Assembly (NCBI RefSeq): GCF_006345805.1
Contig: NW_021836737.1
Coordinates: 1 to 22,904, forward strand
Direction of reading: 5' to 3'
DNA: 22,904 nucleotides
From: Octopus sinensis
Taxonomy: Eukaryota
Part shown: positions 10,935 through 20,365 of the stretch, piece by piece
Layout of the letters: the number at the start of each line of letters is the position of its first letter
Numbering within the stretch: position 1 is the first letter of the stretch
The notes under the pieces: generated by a model
Database searches by the model: none
Seen by the model: the letters and a program-made list of their open reading frames with translations, nothing else
What the model was told of the DNA's origin: nothing
Translations under genes and position numbers: made by a program

Positions 10935-11226
10935 GCATGGCTTAGGGGTTAAGGTGTTGCACGCACGATTGCGAGATCGTGGGTTCGATTCCCAGACCGG
11001 GCGTTGTGTTGTGTTCTTGAGTAAAGCACTTCATTTCACGTTGCTCTGCTATGACTTCGACATCTGATATGTGGTACCCGTTGCACCTGTACAGGTAATG
11101 TCGATCTGATGAAGGGAGGTGCATATGACTACAGAAACATTTGATCACTATAAACAAATCCTCTGTGTGGTCGCTCGGTGAGAAATTTTCGAACTCTCAT
11201 ACGTTGTCTAACGACGGGAGAGTTCA
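10935..11226 (+). mobile_element. tRNA-derived SINE family B, second 3' variant
   Basis: GCATGGCTTAGGGGTTAAGG, GGGTTCGATTCCC and GTGTTCTTGAGTAAAGCACTTCATTTCACGTTGCTC are shared with 10376-10631; the 3' half is different. Confidence 0.85.
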
Positions 11227-11230
11227 TCGA

Positions 11231-11310
11231 ATACATACATACATACATACATACATACATACATACATACATACATACATACATACATACATACATACAT
11301 ACATACATAC
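11231..11310. repeat. Near-perfect (TACA)n microsatellite
   Basis: Directly visible. Confidence 0.98.
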
Positions 11311-11546
11311 GGTATTTTTTCCCAAAAACGAAAGCTAAGACATATAATCACTAAAAAGTTGTCAACCAAGAGTATCGCCCCTTGATTCCTTGTTTTCTCT
11401 TACGAGACTATTTTGCGATTTCCCGAGATTTTTCGTGCTTTCATGCAAAATGGAGACGAGCGCCATCCCTTCATGTGATGTGTTTGTAAAGTGTTAAGAT
11501 ATGTTTCTTAACATGAAACCAATGGTAGCCTTAATACATTCACACG

Positions 11547-11578
<32 letters not shown>

Positions 11579-11587
11579 TATACTGTT

Positions 11588-11884
11588 TGCATAGTGGTTG
11601 GGGAATTTGATTCTCTATCGTACAGTCGTGAGTTCAATTTCCATCGGTGCGTTTTGTCCTTGGGCAAGACACTTTATTTCACGTTGCTCCACTGCATTCA
11701 GCTGGCAAAAATGAATCTGTATTTCAACGGGCTACTCTTGTCACATTCTGTGTCACACTGAAATACGTTAAGGGTATGCGTTTCTGTAGTGTGTTCAACC
11801 ATTTGAACGTTAATTTCACGAGAGCTTGTTGCATGTTGATCGTATCAACCGGAACTCCTGTCGTCAAGACCGACGTAGGTCCAG
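11588..11884 (+). mobile_element. tRNA-derived SINE family B, third 3' variant (decayed)
   Basis: GAGTTCAATTTCC (B box), TGTCCTTGGGCAAGACACTTTATTTCACGTTGCTCC, then CTTGTCACATTCTGTGTCAC...TTAATTTCACGAG...GTCGTCAAGACCGACG. Confidence 0.75.
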
Positions 11885-11934
11885 TTTTAGTGTGTAGATG
11901 TGTGCGGTGAATGTATACGAGTTTCTGGCTTATA

Positions 11935-12095
11935 TGTGTGCCTGTGTGGTAAGAAGTTTGCTTCCTAAACACCAGGTTCCGGGTTCAATCCCACTGCATG
12001 ACACCTTGGAAAAAGTATCTTTTTCTATAGCCTCGGGCCGTCCAAAGCCTTGTGAGTGGATTTGGTCGACGGAAACTGATAAAAGTCCATTGTAC

Positions 12096-12128
<33 letters not shown>

Positions 12129-12368
12129 GTGTGTGCGTGTGTGTGCATCATTGTGTCTGCTTGCCCCACATACCGCTTGATAACCAGCGCTAGTGTGTTT
12201 ACGCCGCCGAAACTTAGCGATTCGCCCAAAGAGACTGATAGAATGAGTGGCAAGCTTTTAGAAAATAAGTACTGAGGTTGCTACATTTGACTAAAAAATT
12301 TTCAAAGCGGTGCCCCAACTTGGCCGTAGTAATAATGACTGAAACAAGTTACAGATAAAAGATAAAAG
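11935..12368 (+). mobile_element. Older SINE family A copy
   Basis: CCTGTGTGGTAAGAAGTTTGCTT, GGGTTCAATCCC, internal (TA)(TG) tract, 3' AATGACTGAAACAAG and (AGATAAA)n tail. Confidence 0.9.
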
Positions 12369-12457
12369 ACATACGTACATTATATATATATATATATAAA
12401 TAGATAGATATAGATATAGATATAGATATATATGTACATATATATATATATATATAA

Positions 12458-12501
<44 letters not shown>

Positions 12502-12638
12502 CGGAGATGTACTCGCATAGCAAGTAATTTGATCTGAGATCGTGTGCTGAAACGGAAACAATTGCAGCGTGGAAGGTGTTTGTAAGCCATTTAGAAATAC
12601 ACAAAAGCCGTTCGATTCACTTCAACATTTACGTTTAA

Positions 12639-12690
12639 TTTGTCAAAATATTTTCGTCGCTTTCAGACCGCGACCTGCTCACTGACAAAA
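12639..12690 (-). ncRNA. Minimal type I hammerhead ribozyme with G3:C8-swapped core (left-arm copy)
   Basis: Minus strand: TTTGTCA-GTGAGCA-G-GTCGC-GGTCTGAAA-GCGAC-GAAA-ATATT-T-TGACAAA. It differs from the plus copy only at N7 and in loop II. Confidence 0.8.
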
Positions 12691-12706
12691 ATCCGTGCAG
12701 CACGGA

Positions 12707-12757
12707 TTTTGTCAGTGAACAGGTCGCGGATTTTAGCGACGAAAATATTTTGACAAA
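12707..12757 (+). ncRNA. Minimal type I hammerhead ribozyme with G3:C8-swapped core
   Basis: Stem I TTTGTCA/TGACAAA (7 bp); core GTGAACA at 12715-12721; extra G; stem II GTCGC-GGATTTTA-GCGAC; GAAA at 12741-12744; palindromic stem III AATATT; UUU site at 12748-12750. Confidence 0.8.
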
Positions 12758-12838
12758 TTAAACGTAAATGTTGAAGTGAATCGAACGGCTTTTGTGTATT
12801 TCTTAAATGGCTTACAAACACCTTCCACGCTGCAATTG

Positions 12839-12889
<51 letters not shown>

Positions 12890-13469
12890 ACACACATATA
12901 TATATATATGGTGGTTGTAAAGCACTTGAAGCATAATTAATCGATCGCCCACCTTCAACACATCGTAAACACAACTTGTCTCCAATTCCAGAGACTTTTC
13001 TGGGTTGAAATATTTGTAACATCTATAATAGAATGTTTGTCAAAAGCCGGATTTGCTGGTCATATGAGACATTTACAAACTGAAGAAATGATGTTCTTCT
13101 GTAAAGAAATGGCAACCACCACATATGTGTGTGTACGTCAGTGTGTGTGAGGGTGTGTGTGTGTGTTTGTGTGTTCATATATCCGTTGTATCACGAGTTA
13201 TGCGAAATATGATTTCACGTATTGAAACACACTTAGTCACTTAGTCATCCTGTTAAGGAATTTAGTACATCAAAAACCAGATATAACAACAATGAGAAGA
13301 AAAGTTTCCGCTTGAAAGGAATAGGATGTTTGTACATTGGACTTTTTAATGAGATCGTTTCCGGTTTGAATAAAGCATGAATACATTTACTTGCCTTTAG
13401 ATTATTTAAACAATTCATCGATAGATATTGAAAGGTCGACATTAACCCTTTTGTTACTATGTTTTTGCG

Positions 13470-13761
13470 CAAATACGCTGACGTGTTTCAGCTCCAGAGC
13501 GTCGACTGCGGGGTCACTCCGAAAAGCTCTATCTGCGACGATTTCATCTCAATCGAAGGAGAGGGGCTTTCTCCGTCCGGGTTGCGGATCCATGGAATAA
13601 GCTGCCGGACGAGATAGTGAAATTGCCGACGACCGCTCGGTTCAAAGTCTCTCTTGACCAGAAATGGCCTGAACTCTTTGCATGAACACCCTCCCTGTAC
13701 ATAACTCCATGTCCCCCTACATGGCCTTGCTTTTTTGCTTTTTGAGCCAAAAAATTAACTT
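13470..13761 (+). mobile_element. 3' end of a CR1-clade LINE (ORF2 C-terminus plus 3' UTR)
   Basis: 13491-13685 translates as APERRLRGHSEKLYLRRFHLNRRRGAFSVRVADPWNKLPDEIVKLPTTARFKVSLDQKWPELFA*, matching the CR1 ORF2 terminal pattern RGH..KL...R...R..FFS.RV...WN.LP..VV......FK..LD..W. Not in the ORF track because it lacks a start codon. Confidence 0.88.
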
Positions 13762-14049
13762 TTTCACGAGAGCTTGTTGCATGTTGATCGGATCAACCGG
13801 AATTCCCGTCGTCAAGACCGACGTAGGGCCAGTTTTAATGTGTAGATGTGTGCGGTGAATGTATACGAGTTTTGGGCTTATATGTGTGTCAATGTGGTAA
13901 GAAGTTTGCTTCCTAAACACCAGGTTCCGGGTTCAGCCCCACTGCATAGCACCTTGGGAAAAGTATCTTTTTCTATAGCCTCAAAACTTAGTGATTCGCC
14001 CAAAGAGACTGATAGAATGAGTGCCAAGCTTTTAGAAAATAAGAACTGA
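13762..14049 (+). repeat. Direct duplicate of 11814-12275 with an internal ~174-bp deletion
   Basis: Shares the SINE B 3' end, the non-repeat spacer GTGTAGATGTGTGCGGTGAATGTATACGAGTTT and private SINE A mutations (CCTAAACACCAGG, AAAAGTATCTTTTT). It jumps from TATAGCCTC to AAACTTAG. Confidence 0.92.
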
Positions 14050-15078
14050 TTTGAAAAATAACGAAGGATTTATTAAACTTATGTTTGGAGCATAAAGTAA
14101 AAGGAAGTGTTCCTAGAAGGTTTAAGTTCAGCTCACTTTAAACAGGAAATGTGTATATTAGACTCAGGGACAGTCTCAGACGGTTTGGATTAAAGGGAGT
14201 TTGCGTGCTAAGATAACGGAATGTTATTATCGGTGTTGTCGCCTCTGTCAAGGAGGTCTATGAACGGAAGCATTCTTGCGATGACCATCGATTTGAATAT
14301 CAACGCCTAGATTTATCCAAAAATGCTTTTCTTCCTTTACTGCAATTAAGTGTGATTTGAGGGAGATTTTGCGGCAATATTTTTAGCAAATTCAGCGACC
14401 GCTTCGAGACTTTCTCAGTGGATTTCTCTTACTTGTTGGCTTGCTCTTATTGTTGTAATAATAATGATTACAACTACCTTGGTCTTTTACTCGTTTCATT
14501 CAGTGAACTGTGGTATGTTGGAGCACCGCAGTGAAGGGGTTACTCCAGTGATTTTCAGCCTTTTTAATATCAGGGTCAAATCTAAAACCGAGGTCTTTTT
14601 AGAGGGCCGCACCAAAAACAGTAATCATCATTATCCAGTATTTTAAATCCTAGTTTTCTCCCCGTTAACGGTTGCCATAGCAACCGAGGTAGGCAGTTAC
14701 AGCCCACCCCAACTTTTGGGCTGGCGGATGCTCACTGTTCTTTGCTATCGTGAGGCTTTTTTTGGAGCTGGATTTTCTACGGGGAGTATGCTTTTCCTTA
14801 CTCCTAACCTCAGTTTCCAGACATGAGTGGATCCGAGACCAAGGCCTCTACCATAATATTTAAGAAATGTGGTGGAAAAACTAGCTCAGGAAGGCAGGGA
14901 CGCCACTCCCTGAGACCCTTTCGGAGCCGCCCCCCTACATATAACACCTATGTCAATTAAAGAAAAACACACTTACACAGGGAAGACCGCCGAGGGCCGC
15001 CGGAAGGATGCTTAGGAGTTACATGCCTCCCTAGAAGCCACAGTTCAGTACCACAGATCAAGACGATTAAACTGGCCC

Positions 15079-15250
15079 ATCGGAATATTTTCCCGAACCG
15101 CTAAGTTACGAGGTGAGGGAGTCATTACGACGGGCTTTCACACAGATTTTGTCTACCAAATTCGCTCACGCGGTATTGGTCAGTCCAGGGTTAATGTAGA
15201 AAAAGCTTGGGTAAAGAGGGCTGAACCCGAAACCACGTCGTTGCGAACCA
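15079..15250 (-). mobile_element. Decayed SINE family A fragment
   Basis: CCGAACCGCTAAGTTACG ... ACGACGGGCTT ... GTCTACCAAATTCGCTCAC ... GCTGAACCCGAAACCACGT align to family A. Confidence 0.65.
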
Positions 15251-15309
15251 CAAAACGGTGACTACAGTGATATCATTATAGACGTCTTATAGACAAATAG
15301 AATTATTTG

Positions 15310-15510
15310 TTATCTTTTATCTTTTCTTTGTGTCAGTCATTAGACTACAGCCATGCTGAGGCACCGCCTTGAAGAATCCTAGTCGAGTGAATAGCCCCTA
15401 GTACTTTTAAAACCTGGGACTTATTCTTAGTTACGGAGATGTAAACACAAACATCAGTTGTTAAGCGGTGGTCGGGACAAACAAACATGCACGCACACAC
15501 ACGGATATAT
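15310..15510 (-). mobile_element. Decayed SINE family A, 3' half
   Basis: TCTTTTATCTTTT tail, CAGTCATTAGACTACAGCCATGCTGAGGCACCGCCTT, GTTACGGAGATGTAAACACA, ending in the internal (CA)(TA) tract. Confidence 0.75.
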
Positions 15511-15516
15511 ATATAT

Positions 15517-15932
15517 AGGCGCAGGAGTGGCTGTGTCTTAAGTAGCTAGCTAATCAACCACATGGTTCCGGGTTCAGTCCCACTGTGTGGCATCTTGGGC
15601 AAGTGTCTTCTGCTATAGCCCCGGGCCGACCAATGCCTTGTGAGTGGATTTGGTAGACGGAAACTGAAAGAAGCCTGTCGTATATATGTATGTATATATA
15701 AGTGTGTGTGTATATGTTTGTGTGTCTGTATTTGCCCCCCAACCCAGCATTGCTTGACAATCGATGCTGGTGTGTTTACGTCCCCGTCACTTAGCGGTTC
15801 GGCAAAAGAGACCCATAGAATAAGTACTGGGCTTACAAAGAATAAGTCCCGGGGTTGATTTGCTCGACTAAAGGCGGTGCTCCAGCATGGCCGCAGTCAA
15901 ATGACTGAAACAAGTAAAAGAGTAAAAGAGTA
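15517..15932 (+). mobile_element. Young full-length SINE family A inserted in a (TA) tract
   Basis: AGGCGCAGGAGTGGCTGTGT ... CAGTCAAATGACTGAAACAAGTAAAAGAGTAAAAGAGT, flanked by ATATATAT on both sides. Confidence 0.95.
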
Positions 15933-16194
15933 ATATATATATTTACCAATTTTAACACTCCGCAAATCACAAATTTTATTTTTCTTTACGGGAGTAACTG
16001 TTTTCTCAAAGACATATCTTGTAATTGCTCGAAATGTTGAGTAGATAAACAGCCGACAATTATGAAGGGTCGTTGTTTATGTTAATTGTCTTGTTTTCCA
16101 TTTGTTTCTTTCGTTTTCGCAAAAATTGTTCGTATTCCATGTTTTTGTATTTCGTATTTCATGTTGTTTACGTTTTATGTCGTCCTGTACCCAT

Positions 16195-16252
16195 ATATGT
16201 ATATGTATATACATATATATGTAAGTATGTACATATATGTATGGATACATGC

Positions 16253-16325
<73 letters not shown>
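16195..16325. repeat. (TA)n microsatellite abutting the PLE left end
   Basis: Directly visible. Confidence 0.97.
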
Positions 16326-16329
<4 letters not shown>

Positions 16330-16351
16330 ATGTTACATTACTCGGTAGTCA

Positions 16352-16414
16352 AGATAAAACTCTGAGTTTCAGATGCCGAAGTGGAAATCCACAACACCAT
16401 CTCTTCGGTTATCT
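16352..16414 (-). ncRNA. Type I hammerhead-like motif in the inverted PLE 3' terminal region (CCGA variant)
   Basis: Reverse complement: AGATAA-CCGAAGA-GATGGTGTTGTGGATTTCCACTTCGGCATC-T-GAAA-CTCAGAG-TT-TTATCT. Confidence 0.62.
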
Positions 16415-16608
16415 GGCTATTTGAAAACGTTATGAAAAAATACCGTTAAAAATGAAGGGAAATTACTCTGTTATAACTCTGCTTTGCCTGCGTACTTATA
16501 CATCGCTCGCATTTTTCGTCATAAAAATTATATAAAAATACATAAAGATATATAAAAATATATAAAAATATATAAAATCTTCTTGGGACATAACACAGAA
16601 AGCATGTT

Positions 16609-18214
16609 CTATCCGTTTTCTTTAGGGGACCAAAAACGTAACAAAATTTAGTCACATGTGGGCATGATCCGAAAAGCTCTGTCCTTGTATTTAGACATGT
16701 GGTAGGGTCTAAGCTGCTTTTCCAGATAAGCCATCTCTCCATGTCGCATAAACCGCACCTTCCGCTGCCGTTAGTATAGGGCTTACATCTGGCCAAAATC
16801 TTCCATTGTATGTTATAATCGACACCTTTATCTCTTAAAGACCAAATATGATTGGATAATTGTGTCGCTTTTCTTTTGTTCCAGTGCCTAAAGCTCAAAG
16901 TGTGGTTGTTGAACTTGGCCTTGAAATTACCCTCTGTCAGGCCCACGTATTTCTTCGTCGAAACGGTGTCTTTAGTGGTTATAGAGTTTACGGTAGCTTC
17001 ATATATGATGGTCTTGGACATGCAAACTCCATTTAGCGGGCACAATTTTTTATTCCTGCATGAACAGCTTTTTTCTTCTTGTGTTTTTTGTATGTTATGA
17101 TTGATTATGTTTTTAAAATTGGTAGCTGAACTAAAACTAATTTTTAAATTGTGTCTATTGAAGTTTTCCTATAAGCATGGTTAACTGGAAAATGTCTATC
17201 TATCAGTGCTAGGAAATATTTACCTATATTGAAGGCCACCTCGGGTGAGTAAGGGGGCGTAAACCAGATGACCTTCCTATTTCTATTATTCCTTTCCTTA
17301 CTGTTGGGCTGGTGATAGGTGTATATTTTATTTTTTCGCTAAAACCACTATCTTTTAAAGCATTATTATAAACTGGGGCAAAGCTATTGAAGATGTCCTC
17401 ATTAGATGAGAGGCTAGAAATCCTCTTACTAATATTTTTAACTAAATTTTTGAATACTATAGGGGGATGGCATGAACCTACATTAATATAACTTAGTCTA
17501 TCATTGGGCTTCCTATAAGGCTTATAAATATATTATTAAGATCTAAGGAAACGTCTAAGAAATTGACAACCGTCAGGTTAGTGTCTATAGTTATACTAAG
17601 TCCGAAGTGTTTCATTAACTGGATAATATCCTTCCTAAAACGATCTTGTGCTGGTCCATTTGTATTAGTTAAGGCGAGGGCATCATCTTTGTAGATGGCG
17701 AAATGTACGTTAGGGAATGTCTTACCGAAGGTATCTAGGAGAAAGAGTCCAATTAGATCACAGATGCCCGCCCCATCATATGAACCCATGCTCACATCGA
17801 AAGCGCCCTCCGTGTCGGTTTTTTTTACCCACTTTGCATTCTCACTGAAAAGTAATGTCTTTCTTTCTAGCATGGAAGATTATATCCTTATCATTGGTAC
17901 TAATTTCTATGAAGTCACTAGCGAAGATTAGGGCTTTTACTAGCAGTTCTTTAGAGATAGAGGCATAAAAATCAACAATATCGAATTGTGTAAACCTCGC
18001 TTTTTTCTTATTCTTAATAGCTTTAAACCAGTCTACGACTTCTATACTATTGGACCATTGCACTAGCCTAGTATCGGTCTTAATTTTCGTATTTATTTTA
18101 TCTAAAATTTCTTTGCTAATAATCCCTAGTTCTGACTTGGCTGGGTTGATAAGCCTACATTTAGGGTTGGAAAGGAAGTTTTCTTTGTGGTCTTTAATAG
18201 TAATAAAGGCCTCT
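16609..18214 (-). pseudogene. Inverted copy of the PLE polyprotein (RT C-terminal part + GIY-YIG)
   Basis: ORF-track peptides 17842-18063, 17493-17873 and 16446-17045 contain FDIVDFYASI, MGSYDGAGICDLIG, IYKDDAL, NFLDV, IIYEATV..YVGLT, CGLC and CPH. Confidence 0.92.
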
Positions 18215-20105
18215 GCTGAAGATCATGAGCAAAATAAAGTTTCGTAAGTCTTTTAACAATTTCCAACATAAATTGAAAAAGATATTGATCATAAAAAGCT
18301 CCAAGAAAAAAGCACTTTTTTCGGATAAAACCAAGAACTTATACCTGGTAGATAACAGCAAATACACACACAACTCTTACACAACAGCATCATTAATAAT
18401 TATACTAAGGCTAGGGCACAGACATATAACGAAATTAATAAAGAAGCTAGCGTCATCGCCGCTAAACTTAAATTTGATAAAAAATAGAAACCCTCCCCCA
18501 AAAGAGGCCTTTATTACTATTAAAGACCACAAAGAAAACTTCCTTTCCAACCCTAAATGTAGGCTTATCAACCCAGCCAAGTCAGAACTAGGGATTATTA
18601 GCAAAGAAATTTTAGATAAAATAAATACGAAAATTAAGACCGATACTAGGCTAGTGCAATGGTCCAATAGTATAGAAGTCGTAGACTGGTTTAAAGCTTT
18701 TTAAGAATAAGAAAAAAGCGAGGTTTACACAATTCGATATGTTGATTTTTATGCCTCTATCTCTAAAGAACTGCTAGTAAAAGCCCTAATCTTCGCTAGT
18801 GACTTCATAGAAATTAGTACCAATGATAAGGATATAATCTTCCATGCTAGAAAGACATTACTTTTCAGTGAGAATGCAAAGTGGGTAAAAAAACACCGAC
18901 ACGGAGGGCGCTTTCGATGTGAGCATGGGTTCATATGATGGGGCGGGCATCTGTGATCTAATTGGACTCTTTCTCCTAGATACCTCGGTAAGACATTCCC
19001 TAACGTACATTTCGCCATCTACAAAGATGATGCCCTCGCCTTAACAGCTAATACAAATGGACCAGCTCAAGATCGTTTTAGGAAGGATATTATCCAGTTA
19101 ATGAAACACTCGGACTTAGTATAACTATAGACACTAACCTGACGGTTGTCAATTTCTTAGACGTTTCCTTAGATCTTAATAATAATATTTATAAGCCTTA
19201 TAGGAAGCCCAATGATAGACTAAGTTATATTAATGTAGGTTCATGCCATCCCCCTATAGTATTCAAAAATTTAGTTAAAAATATTAGTAAGAGGATTTCT
19301 AGCCTCTCATCTAATGAGGACATCTTCAATAGCTTTGCCCCAGTTTATAATAATGCTTTAAAAGATAGTGGTTTTAGCGAAAAAATAAAATATACACCTA
19401 TCACCAGCCCAACAGTAAGGAAAAGGAATAATAGAAATAGGAAGGTCATCTGGTTTACGCCCCCTTACTCACCCGAGGTGGCCTTCAATATAGGTAAATA
19501 TTTCCTAGCACTGATAGATAGACATTTTCCAGTTAACCATGCTTATAGGAAACTCTTCAATAGACACAATTTAAAAATTAGTTTTAGTTCAACTACCAAT
19601 TTTAAAAACATAATCAATCATAACATACAAAAAACACAAGAAAAAAAAGCTGTTCATGCAGGAATAAAGAATTGTGCCCGCTAAATGGAGCTTGCATGTC
19701 CAAGACCATCATATATGAAGCTACCGTAACTCTATAACCACTAAGACACCGTTTCGACGAAGAAATACGTGGGCCTGACAGAGGGTAATTTCAAGGCCAG
19801 GTTCAATAACCACACTTTGAGCTTTAGGCACTGGAACAAAAGAAAAGCGACACAATTATCCAATCATATTTGGTCTTTAAGAGATAAAGGTGTCGATTAT
19901 AACATACAATGGAAGATTTTGGCCAGATGTAAGCCCTATACTAACGGCAGTGGAAGGTGCGGTTTATGCGACATGGAGAGATGGCTTATCTGGAAAAGCA
20001 GCTTAGACCCTACCACATGTCTAAATACAAACAGAGCTTTTCGGATCATGCCCACATGTGACTAAATTTCTGTTACGTTTTTGGTCCCCTAAAGAAAACG
20101 GATAG
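18213..20105 (+). pseudogene. PLE polyprotein (RT + CxC linker + GIY-YIG endonuclease), 5'-truncated and frameshifted
   Basis: KIKFRKSFNNFQ..LK; FSDKTKNLY; EAFITIKDHKENF..NPKCRLINPAKSELG; RT motifs FDIVDFY, MGSYDGA, IYKDDAL, NFLDV; HPP; IWFTPPYS; linker CSCRNK..CPLNG; EN IIYEATV...YVGLTEGNFKARFNNH, CGLCDMER, CLNT, CPH; stop at 20103-20105. Confidence 0.92.
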
Positions 20106-20298
20106 AACATGCTTTCTGTGTTATGTCCCAAGAAGATTTTATATATTTTTATATATTTTTATATATCTTTATGTATTTTTATATAATTTTTATGACGAAA
20201 AATGCGAGCGATGTATAAGTACGCAGGCAAAGCAGAGTTATAACAGAGTATTTCCCTTCATTTTTAACGGTATTTTTTCATAACGTTTTCAAATAGCC

Positions 20299-20365
20299 AG
20301 ATAACCGAAGAGATGGTGTTGTGGATTTCCACTCGGTTCGGCATCTGAAACTCAGAGTTTTATCT
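20299..20365 (+). ncRNA. Type I hammerhead-like motif in the PLE 3' terminal region (CCGA variant)
   Basis: Stem I AGATAA/TTATCT (plus distal TAG/CTA); core CCGAAGA at 20305-20311; stem II GATG...CATC with inner GTGG-ATTT-CCAC; extra T; GAAA at 20347-20350; near-palindromic stem III ACTC-A-GAGT; GUU site at 20357-20359. Confidence 0.62.

Larger units (their letters stand above)
12500..12839. mobile_element. Young foldback element inserted in (TA)n, carrying two outward-facing hammerhead motifs
   Basis: 12559-12839 is a near-perfect palindrome centred on ATCCGTGC-A-GCACGGAT (centre 12699). An extra ~60 bp (12500-12558) occurs on the left only. (TA)n flanks both sides. Confidence 0.9.

Noticed and set aside
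12840-12910. (TA)n(TG)n-TA-(CA)n(TA)n self-complementary microsatellite flip
   Set aside because: A short hairpin explicable by slippage or inversion in alternating purine-pyrimidine DNA; no independent structure.
13245-13600. ORF-track peptides at 13245-13472 (-) and 13391-13600 (+) as possible host exons
   Set aside because: No recognisable domain; the informative frame here is the CR1 ORF2 end at 13491-13685.
15998-16052. Possible decayed hammerhead CTGTTTT-CTCAAAGA-CATATCTTGTAATTGCTC-GAAA-TGTTGAGTA-GATAAACAG
   Set aside because: Too many core and stem mismatches to call; only the GAAA and a loose stem I remain.
16609-20105. Selenoprotein-type PLE (in-frame UGA), as known for some Naiad elements
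   Set aside because: The rebuilt consensus needs no UGA readthrough, and the EN is C-terminal rather than N-terminal.
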